From positions 102,796,001 through 102,860,000 of the forward strand of contig OX597816.1 of the NCBI GenBank assembly GCA_951406725.2: a stretch of DNA of 64,000 nucleotides. Reading direction: 5' to 3'. The notes under the pieces are model-generated. The model worked only from the letters and a program-made list of their open reading frames with translations. It was not told the DNA's origin and searched no databases. Positions 51,663-64,000 of this stretch are shown here, piece after piece. This stretch comes from Octopus vulgaris. Lineage: Eukaryota. The position numbers were made by a program, and so were the translations under genes. Every line of letters begins with the position of its first letter. The stretch's first letter is position 1.

Positions 51663-52180
51663 CATGTACAGTGGTGGAAATCAGATGCCCAGATGATGTC
51701 AACATACAGCTAAAGATCATTGAAAATAGAAAATAACTATTGAGAAATCTAGTTACTCTACCCAGATAACAAGTTTAGGTTCATATCTGTAATTATTGGA
51801 GCTCTGGAATATGTAACAAACTGCCTGAACACAGATCTTGAGAAATTAGGCTTCTCAAAACTGGAAAAGGGAAAGCTAATTGGAAGATTACAGAGTTAAG
51901 CCACGAATGGAACTGTAAATAATTGGAAAACTTTCCAGAAGTCTAGTATTTAAGTCTAGTATGCACATATCTAGATATGCAACTATATGTATGGCAATAC
52001 AAACACAAAATAAACCATACAAATTTGCACACGTAGTGTCTTCAAATACTGTACATATATACACAGCCATGCACAAATAACTTGTTGATGTTAAAATTCC
52101 ATAGAAAGAGCCGTGGATTTAGGTTAGAAACCGGCTCTTTCTCTATTTTCTAATCTTGAAATAAAACTGAATAATAACAT
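51663..52180 (+). mobile_element. RLE non-LTR retrotransposon 3' fragment (related to 5880-6450)
   Basis: CTVVEIRCPDDVNI, YPDNKFRFISVIIGALEYVT, LEKLGFS; GTTAGAAACC.GCTC in the UTR as at ~6500. Confidence 0.75.
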
Positions 52181-52197
52181 ACTTATCTACATATATG

Positions 52198-53462
52198 CAG
52201 TGGTGGGCACAGCTGACCAAAAAGTTAGCTTCGCAGACCGCTAATCCGCTAACTAAAAAGGTTAGCTTCGCAAACGCTAAGGTGCTAAACAGGTAAAAAA
52301 ATTAGCGGACATTTATTTCAGATAGCTATTATACATTTTACTACATTACTTAAGAAAATAATTATTTAATAAATAATTAAATAATTAAATCAAATTAAAT
52401 TAAGAAAATATGAAGTACGCCATACTATTAATTTAATCATCTTGTATAATTTTAATTTATAAATACTGTGTAAGATACTCCGCCAGCGGTTTATGGCCTG
52501 CAAAGATCATCCTGCACAGGGAGCGGCGGGACATCGACGTCTTGCTGGGGTTCAGCGTCTTGATCAGGCCGACCAAGGTGGAGGACTTCACTATATTCAG
52601 GGGTAGCATGTCGACAAACAGGTCTACAATCCTTCTGTGCACCAGAGACTGACGGACGCTAGTGCCAGCAATTTGAGTAAACACCTTACCAATGCTGGGC
52701 TGGCGTACTTTCGTTGCACATGGCTGCGACGATTGACTACTGGTACTGTTACCAGACGATTGCCCGTGTTTCCCACGGAAAGAGCCGGCCTTGATCCTCT
52801 CTTCAAACTGCAGGGTGTTTCTTCTTGACACGCGAATTCAATTTGTAGATGCTCGCCGCTTGTCCCTTGATGGTCGTGTCTTTGGGCTGGCACATGACGC
52901 GCCGGAAATACAGGATTTTGACGGAGGGACAAAGTAGTCCTGCATGTGGGGCCAAGGGTCCTGAGACTCCTGGCTTTCAAACTTAGAGGCCTCTGCCTCA
53001 CCCACAGCCGTTGTAGACTCCTCAACAGGCCCTTCATCCTCAGGCTGAACAGAAACGTCTTCACTTTCTATAACGATAAGCGATAACTTGATACACCGAT
53101 AACGTATACTGCTGTCGCTGATACTGTAAGACTGTCTGTAATGTGACAACGTCGTAAGTGAACACAACTCGAAACTGCAGAAGTGAACACCATTCAAAAC
53201 TTCAGACCAATCACGTCTTGTCACGTGTACACGTAGTCAGCCAATAGTGTGCCTGACGGACTCTTCGAGATGATGCATCACAACAAACAGGGACAAACGT
53301 ATGAATTTTGTTAGCAGACTTAAACTTTGCGGAACTAATTTTAGCGAAAGCTAATTGGTTCGCTAGCGATTTCCAAAGTCAGCGAAAACGCTAATCCGCC
53401 AAACGAAAAGTTAACTTCGCTAATTAGCTGTTAGTAGATTGTCGGAACCGTATCCACTACTG
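52198..53462 (-). mobile_element. Internally deleted hAT DNA transposon
   Basis: TIRs CAGTGGTGGGCAC / GTATCCACTACTG; 8-bp TSD CATATATG vs CATGTATG; subterminal GCTAA repeats; BED-finger-like DPWPHMQDYF..CQPK..KKKHP and DMLPLNIVKS..LNP..SRRSL. Confidence 0.9.
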
Positions 53463-54808
53463 CATGTATGTATGTATATGTACACAAACATGTGCACGCA
53501 GATATGCATAACACCAACACACATACACGCACACGCACACACAGCGACACACAGACACACGCACACAGAGATTCACTCATGAATATCCATATGCATATGA
53601 TTAGAAATCAAAACTCTTGCCATCATATTAATTTTACTACCTTGCATATTGACTGCCAACTCCAATAGGCGCACCTTAATTATATTTGAAGTAATTACAG
53701 TAATGGAAATAAAGAAAATGAGGAAACGAGACCTGTACGATTTGTAAACTATTGGTTGCTAAGGATACATCATTGATTTCACCAGTCGGATTTTGCTGAA
53801 TAATGTTGTACAAGGCTGGTGATCGAATGAAGCGTAATCTCTTTGATATATAACATCTAGTATATACTTCTTGTCTAGTTGTCATATTGCTCTGAGTGTA
53901 GAGAGGAGAACACACATTAAGGGTCTTGACACACATTCAAGAGTTGCATGTATTTGTATAAAATTGGACTGCACGTATTCAAAAATTAGTCGTGCATTTA
54001 AAACTATAGTTCTTTCATTAGTTCGTTAGAGCTATACTGAGCACTAGCCATCCTGGGATAGCATACGCACATTCAAGTGTAGTGAATGCATTCAAAAGTC
54101 GAATACATACACTAAAAGAATACATATAATCAAAAGTCCTATGTATGTATGTGAGAGTTCAGTGTACATTCTGAAGAGCGGAGTGTGCTTATGCAGAAAG
54201 GAGGCTGAGTACCTTTTCCCAGGGTAAAAAAAAAACACTTTAAACTTCACCAGCTGCTCATCGTCTACAGAGCTGATGAATAGCGTATAGTAGTGATCTC
54301 ATATTATTCTAAAAGGTTATCCTGTTGAATGGAAAAGATTCACTTTCTAACAGATCATATCCAATAACTTTTGGTTGGGTTGTTTCAACACTTCCTCGAG
54401 GACTCTAACGGCCTCTGCTCCTCTGAACTAGTAAGAAGCGCCCGATCTATCGAATCAGGCCAGCTCACATCTACAGTCATTTGCATTTCTTCTCTGCCAA
54501 ATTCAAACTAAACATGAAAAGTATATCGGTCTCACCATCTTGAATGAGCCTGCAAAGAGTTACTCCACCAAGTAGATAAAGTACTCCATACCAACTTGTA
54601 GGGGTGAGCTTAATTAATTCCATCACAGGCGTGCTGTTTTGTTTTTATTTTGCTTCTGGTGAAATCTATCTACTTTTCATGGAAAATAGGCGGTAAATTT
54701 TCTGGGAATAAAATGTCAACAAAAATTGATAGTAATAACCACATAAGTCATGTGTGTGCATGCATGCGTGCATGTGAGAGCGCGCTTGTGGTGTGTGTGT
54801 GTGTGTGT

Positions 54809-54885
<77 letters not shown>

Positions 54886-55007
54886 TGTGCGTGCGTGAGT
54901 GTATTTTTATACATTCAATTTTCCAGTCACAGCTTGCCTGAAGTTCTTGAGCTCCTACAGGTGAAACTTAGAATAGTAAGAGGTGAACCTGACCCAAATA
55001 ATATATG

Positions 55008-55089
<82 letters not shown>

Positions 55090-55094
<5 letters not shown>

Positions 55095-55240
55095 GGGATA
55101 ATTCCCAAAAAACAGCAAAAGACGAAAACAAGTCGTGCAGACAACAAGCAGATGTATTAGTTTAACGTTCGGGAAGCGACAAAGTCTTTAACGTTTCGAG
55201 CCTACGCTCTTCCACAGAAAGGAACACAGAAAGAAAAATA
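55090..55240 (-). mobile_element. Probable Penelope-derived terminal repeat with minimal hammerhead-like motif
   Basis: Minus strand CTTT-CTGTGGA-AGAGC GTAG GCTC-GAAACGTT-AAAG. Confidence 0.55.
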
Positions 55241-55699
55241 TGGTGTCCAATTACGTAGTGCAATAGTTATGTACAAGTGCTTAGTTTGATGTATCACCTA
55301 AAACTCCGACTTGAACTTCGACTAAACCAAAAGGTGGTGTTGTTCCTGCTAAGCAATGAATGGCTACAATTGGTTTATTATTGAGTGGGTACATGTACAG
55401 TAGAAAGAAAGAATGAACAGTATGGAATTTATATATGTAAGCATAACCGCTGGGTTGTTACAATTGAGTTCTTAGAATAAAGTGTATCAGAAGTAAGAAG
55501 TGCAGATAGTCTCTTCAGCTGTTCCCAGAATAAATGCACATATGGTGCATTTCGTAGCGAACGAAGATAATAGTAGCGGACTTTCCTTCTTCAGACAGAA
55601 AAAAAAAAACGAGAAAGCTCTTCAGTAGAAAATTTTAGTAGTGAACAGTTACATCGTCTGAGAGTTCCATCTTTTCGACGATGGAACTGTTTACTATCA

Positions 55700-56075
55700 A
55701 AAGGAGCAGCAGTCCTAGAGTCAAGTACGGTTCATGATCTGGGGATCAATATGAACAACAATGTCTCGTTTCGAGTGCATATCACCAAGATGGTGGCAAT
55801 GTGCAGGCGAATGGCCAGAAGGATCCAGAGAAGTTTCAGAGGACGGGGAACAAGAGACTATGCTGGTTTTATGGAAGACATTTGTCCTCGGCCTCTTAGC
55901 AATGATCACCCAACAATGTCAAGTTAATAGCGGAACTTGCAGCAGTTCAGCGGTACTATATCAGGAAGATTGCATCAATGGAACAGTCGAGCTGCTGAGA
56001 GAGAGAGACTGACTCTACTGCCTGGAGCGAAGACGGGAGAGATATGCAGGGATATATGTATGGAAGAATGGCATC
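55700..56075 (+). mobile_element. CR1/L2-like LINE RT 3' fragment
   Basis: HDLGINMNNNVSFRVHI.. and LERRRERYAGIYVWK. Confidence 0.72.
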
Positions 56076-56624
56076 GAGAGCTATACAAGTTCCCGAACTG
56101 GACATCACCCTACTGTTCCAAAGGTCTCAGCTTTTCCGTCTACACACATGTACACACACATGTATTATGTATATATATATATGTGTGTGTAAATATATTC
56201 AATTCTTTGACGAATGGTGTTTATTGAAACTTCAGGGTAACTCAAACGTTGTGAGATGAAATGGGTAATGGACAGATGGAAGTTGTATAGAAACTCTAGA
56301 GTTCAAAAAGTACAGTGTTGTCCAAAATTTACGTTAAAGAAACATATTTGTGGAATTCACAGACACATAAACGATAATTCAGGTGCACGAAATTGTCAGT
56401 GTTCAGAAAAAGAGATTTACCTCCATGTATATATATTTATATATATTATAACAACATGCATGATTATCTGAGGACTATCTGCTCCTTCCTCCTTTTCCCT
56501 ATCTCTGGATTTGTTTCTCTTTTCGACGCTATGCTCGAAACGCCATTTCCATTCCTATTTTTCCATTTAAAACTTTCGCTGAGTGCCAATCTAATATGTA
56601 AAGAACTTTTGTTTTTGGTTCGCC

Positions 56625-56655
<31 letters not shown>

Positions 56656-56738
56656 GCGCATACTCATGATTGTTTGTGGGTATGTATATATGTAATTTAA
56701 AAGGGTTTTGTGTTTTTAGAATTATAATACACAAACAC

Positions 56739-56797
<59 letters not shown>

Positions 56798-56919
56798 CAA
56801 GGTAACGGTTTTTATTTTTCTTGTACTTCGAAATTTGCTATAAAATTGTGGTTTTTGGCCGTGTTTGGCTGCTATTTCTAGCATGTAAAAATTACCTGTT
56901 AAAGGGTAATTTTCTATGA

Positions 56920-56969
<50 letters not shown>

Positions 56970-56970
<1 letters not shown>

Positions 56971-57804
56971 GAGGTCTGATGAATAAGTGTCCGGACTGTT
57001 GCTATAGTAACGAAACTAAAGCACGCAGAGGAAAGCTGCTTCGCAAAGATTCACTCAAGAACTCTGCTGTGCATGCGCATTAAGTTTTAACGTTCTAGCT
57101 CACTTTCGCTGTTTACAGCAGTGCTTGGAAGGAAGGTGTGTAGCATGTGATTGTTGTTTTGACCTTGACAGAGGAAGCTGTCATGTTGATACCTGCGCAG
57201 ATGACTGCACAGAGCTGCAGAAAGTGTATGGAGTGGAGTGTATGAGCCGCACACATGTGTACGAGTGGTTGAGACGTTTCCAAGATGGCCGAAAAGATGT
57301 CGGTTTTGATGAATGCCATGGGAGACCTGGAACCAGCAGAACTGCGAAAAACATCGTCAGTATGCGTGCAGATGTGAGGGGAAATCGTCGAATCACAATC
57401 CGTGAGTTATCAGAGGATGTGCAGACTAGTTACGGTTCAGTTCAGTCCATTATCACTGAAGATGCGTGTATTCCATGTTTGTGCCAAAACTGCTTTCAGC
57501 TAACCAAGACAACACTCGGATTGCAGGTGCACAAGATCTCCTTGATTGTGTCGAGAACGATGGCATCTGAGCAGGCATCAGCAAGCTTTTGGCAAAATTT
57601 GATGCAGTTTCTCTGCTCATCTTTCTCTGTCATGGTCAACTTCATCACAAACACTGCTGTAAACAGCGGAAGTGATGTAAAACCTTAATACTTAGTGTGC
57701 ATGTCCAACAGAGATCAAGGTCAATCTATGCGAAGCGGATTTACTCTGTGTGATTTAGCTTCGTTACAATGGCAACAGTCCGGATATTTATTGATCAAAC
57801 CACG
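56970..57804 (+). mobile_element. mariner-derived element with ~160 bp TIRs; only the HTH region of the transposase is kept
   Basis: TA-flanked CGAGGTCTGATGAATAAG.. / ..TTATTGATCAAACCACG; LQKVYGVECMSRTHVYEWLRRFQDGR..GRP..NRRITIREL. Confidence 0.9.
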
Positions 57805-58543
57805 TATATATGGAGAAATTTTATCCACCAATGCGGTGTTAAGAGCTCATTCTCGTTGTTCGACATTTGCGGATATATATGTGTGTGTGCGTGTGTGTAT
57901 GTATGGCGCGTGTATGTATGTATTTAAAGCTTTCACGCTCAAACTATTTCAAATATTAATCAAATTTCTCGAAATCACCCACTTCAATCTTTGTACAACG
58001 CTGTCTACGTTTTTCAAAAAGTTGGGATTGTCACGACTGAAAGGCTTTTGATGATACGTCTGCTCAATGGAGGGTGACATGGAATTGAACAACAGCAACA
58101 GCAACATATGTTAAATTAAAGCTGAAATTAAATATGCTTAATACTGCTTAGGTGAATAAACAATAAGTTATTTATATATTCTTGTAGTTATTTCTTTCTT
58201 TTCGAAATATTGCTTCAAAATGTGATATCTTGCTTTCTTAGACATCCGTAGAAGAAGCTGGCTCTTCTATACAGGAACTCTAGGTGACTGATTAATTACT
58301 AGTGAAACAAACGAACGCAAAGCAAAAGTTAAACAGCCAGTTAAAGCAAACTGAAAGAAAAGCAAACTGACACTCACAGTTGCGAAATAAAAACATGGTA
58401 GCGGAATAACTGTACAAGCGAAACATGAGTTTTGTTCTATTTTCGATCGGAAATTGGTGTTCACATGCTCACCCGCGCAGACACACGCATATACAAATGT
58501 ATGTATGCACGTATATATATGTATACATACATACTTACATATA

Positions 58544-58632
<89 letters not shown>

Positions 58633-58650
58633 TCAAATATATATATATAT

Positions 58651-58691
<41 letters not shown>

Positions 58692-58854
58692 TATAGATGC
58701 ATATATATATGTATACATATGTGTGTATGTATGTATGCATGTATGTATCGTGCCCTCTCGTTCTCTCTCGCTCTATCGATCTATGTATATATATATAATA
58801 CATATATAGATACACATACAGACACACACACACACACACACACACTCACACACA

Positions 58855-59010
58855 GAGGCGTGACTGCGTGGTAAGAAGCTTGCTTCCCAGCCATAACGTT
58901 CCTGGTTCAGTCCCATTGCGTTGTACCTTGGCCAAGTGTCTTCTACTATAGCCTTTGGCCAACCAAAGCCTTTGTGAGTGGATTTGGTTGACGGAAACTG
59001 AAAGAATCCC
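58855..59010 (+). mobile_element. SINE family B 5' half
   Basis: GGCGTGACTGCGTGGTAAGAAG..GGTTCAGTCCCA..AAGTGTCTTCTACTATAGCC..ACGGAAACTGAAAGAA. Confidence 0.85.
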
Positions 59011-59675
59011 GAGTATGTATTTATATAAGATCTTTGTGGTTTTCGTTACTGCTTACAATTTCGTACCAATTGCTTTCAAATTTAGCATATGGATTGCGTT
59101 TTGTATACTAATTATAAAAATGAAGTTCACTTTTCATATAGATCCATAATTAAAAAGTTATTAGCCTTTAAAATTTACGAAATTTGAGTATTTTAACCGA
59201 TCAGAAGTGAGTATTTTACACATCACCATGGCGAAGACCTCTGTTTCCAGAGTAACCAAAGATGCTGCGCATGCGCACGAGGAGTGTAACCACTAACTTG
59301 AGTGTAATCAATGAATTGAGAGTACCTGCGTATCTTTAAACCTAGAAACAAACGCCGGTGTGGGACATACCGTTCCATGGTTGACTCTTAAGTTTGTGAA
59401 TTTATGTGAAGAAAATATGGGATAGAAAATTTATTTTATAAAATCTTAGAAGGCATTGCAAACTTTCATTCTTCCATTTTTTTCACAACTTTTCAGATGT
59501 TTGTTCAGGCGATTTGCAATTTATATATAGGAGGTGTGTAATTATTTATCCCTGTCTATGAATGTACATGTGTGTGTATGTATGTATGTATGTATGTATG
59601 TATGTATGTATGTATGTATGTAGGTATGTAGGTATAAGTGTGTTTCTGTGTGTACATCTGTGTGTACATCTGTGC

Positions 59676-59717
<42 letters not shown>

Positions 59718-60208
59718 ACGTATATATAAATGCATACGTATATATGCATTATACGTATATATACATGTATACGTATATATGTATATATTCATGAACGTAT
59801 ACATATATAAACAATCACACACGCGCACACACAGATGTATATATGGAGCATACACAACAAACATGCATGCATACATATACATATGTAATACATGAAAATA
59901 AGTATTTTTTTATAATAGTGCAAATATGAAGAAAGTCATAAGAATGCTCAGCTGTGGGATCCTCGATATCGTTTACAAATGGAGAGTAAGCAAATTTGTA
60001 AAAACATTGATAGTGTTTAAATTGAGAGAGTATATGTTGCGTGATAATGTCTTTGTGTAGCCCGAAGGAATTGATGACTGATGGGTGATATTTCAAAATC
60101 AAAAACGTTGTTCACAAACACACACACATATATATATATACATACTCACACAGATATAGATACATGTCTCTCTCTCTCACTTTCTCTCTCTCTTTCTCCA
60201 CACACACA

Positions 60209-60243
<35 letters not shown>

Positions 60244-60244
60244 T

Positions 60245-60458
60245 TCTTTATTGTCCACAGGGGGACAAACAAGGACAGACAAAGGGATTAAGTAGATTAC
60301 ATCGACACCAGTGCGTAACTGATACTTATTTAATCGACCCCGAAAGGATGAAAGGCAAAGTCGACCTCGGTGGAATTTGGACACAGAACGTAAAGACAGA
60401 CGAAATACCGCTAAGCATTTCGCCTGGCGTGCTACCATTTCTCCCAGCTCGCCACCTT
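60245..60458 (-). mobile_element. SINE family A, complete copy
   Basis: Reverse complement of 4296-4597 without the insert. Confidence 0.9.
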
Positions 60459-60960
60459 GTTTAGTCTTTATATCATATCAGATAAGAGCATAGGTAATTT
60501 ATATGTATTACAATGCCTATATACTTCTGCATGCATATAAATACATACACACATATATACATATAAACACACATATATATACATATATATAGACACACGC
60601 ACGTATATATACATATACACATATATATAAACACATATACATATATGGGTATATATATATATATATTAGGGAGTAAATCCAAACTTACAGGGAAATATTA
60701 GATTTAGGATTAAATCTAATTTTATAGTATAAATATATATATTATATTATATTAAATTAGAGATAAAACCACTATTAGGCAAATCAAACAGTGAAAATCA
60801 TAAGCCAATACATATAAATAAAATTAATTAATAAAATATATAAAAAATATAAAATATAGAATTCCAAATTAAAATATTTAAATTAAAGTTAAAATTAAAA
60901 AAATTATTTAAATCAATAATTTAAACTTATAAATTTTAAAAATATATATATATATATATA

Positions 60961-61020
60961 TGATTGATTGATTGATTCTAGTTTCAGCTCACGAGCTGTG
61001 GCCATGCTGGGGCACCGCCA
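60961..61020 (-). mobile_element. Extreme 3' tail of a LINE or SINE with (AATC)n tail, inserted in the left arm
   Basis: Minus strand TGGCGGTGCCCCAGCATGGCCACAGCTCGTGAGCTGAAACTAGAATCAATCAATC. Confidence 0.75.
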
Positions 61021-61120
61021 TTATATATATGTTTTATTATTATTTTATTTAATTAATTAATTTTTTTTTAAATATATAACTATCAAAAAGTATTAAAAGC
61101 TTAATATAAGATAAAGAGTA

Positions 61121-61222
61121 AAACCACTACGATCGTTTCATGCCCGTAACCAATTCGAATAACAATAATTTAAATTCAATTAATATTTCGAATTATGGTT
61201 ACAATCAATCTTCAGGTTAATT
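61121..61222 (-). ncRNA. Hammerhead-ribozyme-like motif (left arm)
   Basis: CUGAAGA, long stem II (GUAACC..AAUUCGAA / UUCGAAUU GGUUAC), GAAAC GAUC GUA; stem I weak. Confidence 0.5.
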
Positions 61223-61921
61223 GTAATATTTTAATAAATAATCAGAAATATTTAAACAATATTTTTTAAGAAAGAAATAATATAATATTTTTTCTAATAA
61301 AAAACTCTATTATCAGACTAGAAACTTAACGATTATGATTATGTCAAAACATCGATTATAATGTTAAATATTAATTTTAATTTTTTAAGTATTAATTTTT
61401 AAGGTAAGAAATCCACCAATAATCTAATATCAGTTATAGTCAATATCTAATTACATAAATATTTTACAGAAAAAATGACTATTCATATTATTAAAAATAT
61501 AATATTTAAATAATATATAAATTATATATTATTTAAATATAAATATTTAAATAATATATAAATTATTAATGAAAATATATAAATGTATATAAATATTAGA
61601 ATTAAGATCTAAAATTATCTCTATAAATAAATATATATGCACAATAATAAAGACCTAATAAATTAATTATTCATATTACTAATATTTATGTAATTAGATA
61701 TTGATTATAACTGATATTAGATTACTGGTGAGTTTCTTACCTTAAAAATTAATACTTAAAAAATTAAAAATAATATTTAACATTATAATCGATGTTTTAA
61801 CATAATCATAATCGTTAAGTTTCTAGTTTGATGATAGAGTTTTTTATAATAAAAATTATTATATTATTTATTTCTTAAAAAATATTGTTTAAATATTTCT
61901 GATTATTTATTAAAATATTAC

Positions 61922-62023
61922 AATTAACCTGAAGATTGACTGTTACCATAATTCGAATTATTAATTGAATTTAAATTATTGTTATTCGAATTGGTTACGG
62001 GTATGAAACGATCGTAGTGGTTT
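61922..62023 (+). ncRNA. Hammerhead-ribozyme-like motif (right arm)
   Basis: CTGAAGA 61929-61935, GAAAC 62005-62009, palindromic GATC loop, GTA 62014-62016; stem I weak. Confidence 0.5.
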
Positions 62024-62358
62024 TACTCTTTATCTTATATTAAACATTTAATACTTTTTGATAGTTATATATTTAAAAAAAAAATTAAATTAATTAATAA
62101 TAATACTATATATATATATATATATATATAAAATTTATAAGTTTAAATTATTAATTTAAATAATTTTAAAAATTTTAACTTTAATTTAAATATTTTAATT
62201 TGGAATTTTATATTTTATATTTTTTATATATTTTATTAATTAATTTTATTTCTATGTATTGGCTTATGATTTTCACGGTTTGATTTGCCTAATAATGGTT
62301 TTATCTCTAATTTAATATATATATATATATATATATATGCATATGTCTATACACACAC

Positions 62359-62680
62359 AGTGGTTAGACCGTCAAGTTTACGATCGTGAGTTTGTGAGCT
62401 CAAATCCCGGACCAGGCTGCGTGTTTTGTTCTTGAGCAAGACACTTTATTTCACGTTGCTCAAGTTCACTCAGCTGTAGAAATGTGTTGCGTCGTCACAG
62501 GTGCCAAGCTGTGTCGGCCTTTACCTTTCCCTTGGATAACACCGGTGCCGTGGAGGAGGGAGGCCGGTATGCATGGGTGACTGCTGGTCATCCAAATACA
62601 AACTTGCCCGGACTTGTGCCAGGGAGGGTAACATTCTAGGTACAATCTCATGGTCTGTGTCGTGACAGAAGGGGGTCTCA
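62359..62680 (+). mobile_element. tRNA-derived SINE family C
   Basis: AGTGGTTAG..CTCAAATCCCGGAC..TTCTTGAGCAAGACACTTTATTTCACGTTGCTC..CACTCAGCTG. Confidence 0.82.
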
Positions 62681-62696
62681 GATATACATGTGCGTG

Positions 62697-62749
<53 letters not shown>

Positions 62750-62789
62750 ATACGTGTATGTGTATATATTTATATATACATATACATAA

Positions 62790-62843
<54 letters not shown>

Positions 62844-62878
62844 TTACCTGTCTGACTGCCTGCTTGTCTGTCTGTCTA

Positions 62879-62929
<51 letters not shown>

Positions 62930-63291
62930 ATATATATATATACACTTGCATACAGAAGAGTAAGAAGATGAAATAAAACAAACTACAATATTGATTTCAG
63001 TATAGACAGTTACTACACCGAAATGGACAGTTTGATGAACATGTTACCACATATGCAGACAACCAAGTTAATATGCAGTACACCCTCCCCCCACACAAAC
63101 ACGCACACGGACGCACAAAAAGCACACACAAACACATGCACACACACAAACGCACACATACATATGTAAACTTATATAGACATGTTGAAATGGACAGTTC
63201 GATGAATTTGTCACATATATAGACAACCAGATAAATATAGACTATATTTAGAGCATGTGTTCACACACACACACACACACATATATATACA

Positions 63292-63325
<34 letters not shown>

Positions 63326-63364
63326 CATATATATACATACATATATACATATATATACATATAT

Positions 63365-63425
<61 letters not shown>

Positions 63426-63532
63426 CACAAGTACATACCTATAGCTATGTCCCTATATATGTATATATACTTAAATGTATTTGCATATACATGTATATAT
63501 ATACGTATATGTATATGCATACACACACACAC

Positions 63533-63649
<117 letters not shown>

Positions 63650-64000
63650 TATGAATGTGTACATATGTTTATATTAGTATGCTCATATAAACATACGCAT
63701 ATCCACGCATGCCTATCTTTATGCATACCACAGATACACATATGCATACACAGGAATATACGCCTATATTTACCTAAATAAAACATTATCTGTTTATATA
63801 TATATATATATTTTACACCGGTCTTAGAAAACAATGCTTTTATTATTTCATGTCGTTTCCCTTCATTTAACGTTGATTTCCAAATCGACTAATAGAGACA
63901 AACGAGTCAATCCGAGACAGAAATAATTAATTGGTTGGTTAATAAGAAAGAAATCTGTAATGGAAGGTGTCTATAATGCGTTTGATGAAAAAATCGACCG

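Larger units (their letters stand above)
60748..62319. repeat. Large AT-rich palindrome: arms 60748-61463 and 61681-62319, spacer ~217 bp
   Basis: Arms align by eye as reverse complements with only scattered substitutions; the left arm has an extra insertion near 60961-61020. Confidence 0.95.

Noticed and set aside
60748-62319. Mitochondrial control-region NUMT, or an A-to-I hyper-editing signature between the arms
   Set aside because: No mitochondrial gene or tRNA is recognisable nearby; in the ~190 bp compared by eye the arm differences are mixed, with no A>G bias.
63020-63240. ~55 bp diverged direct repeat (GAAATGGACAGTT..AGACAACCA)
   Set aside because: Only two copies around a CA-rich spacer; an ordinary local duplication, not CRISPR-like.

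Overview
This is AT-rich, microsatellite-dense animal genomic DNA. The SINE families and the (TA)n/(TACA)n/(CA)n/(GA)n load suggest an Octopus-type cephalopod (inference). I find no supportable host protein-coding exon, rRNA, true tRNA or CRISPR array; most listed ORFs are translated microsatellites. The window is largely decayed transposons: two Ty3/gypsy (Mag-like) LTR elements, a ~3.8 kb decayed Helitron Rep/PIF1 gene barely visible in the ORF track, non-autonomous Helitron/HINE-like elements, Tc1/mariner/pogo and hAT elements, MITEs, RTE, CR1/L2-like, Hero, R4/Dong-like and Penelope-like fragments, and three tRNA-derived SINE families. The most unusual structure is a ~1.57 kb very AT-rich palindrome (60748-62319) whose arms each carry a hammerhead-ribozyme-like core. 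Other points of interest are additional minimal hammerhead-like motifs, local inverted duplications anchored on microsatellites, a nest of R4/Dong-like 3' ends in (AAT)n tracts, and a covarying 3' stem-loop shared by a LINE and a SINE. All assignments are by eye from motifs; boundaries of decayed elements are approximate.
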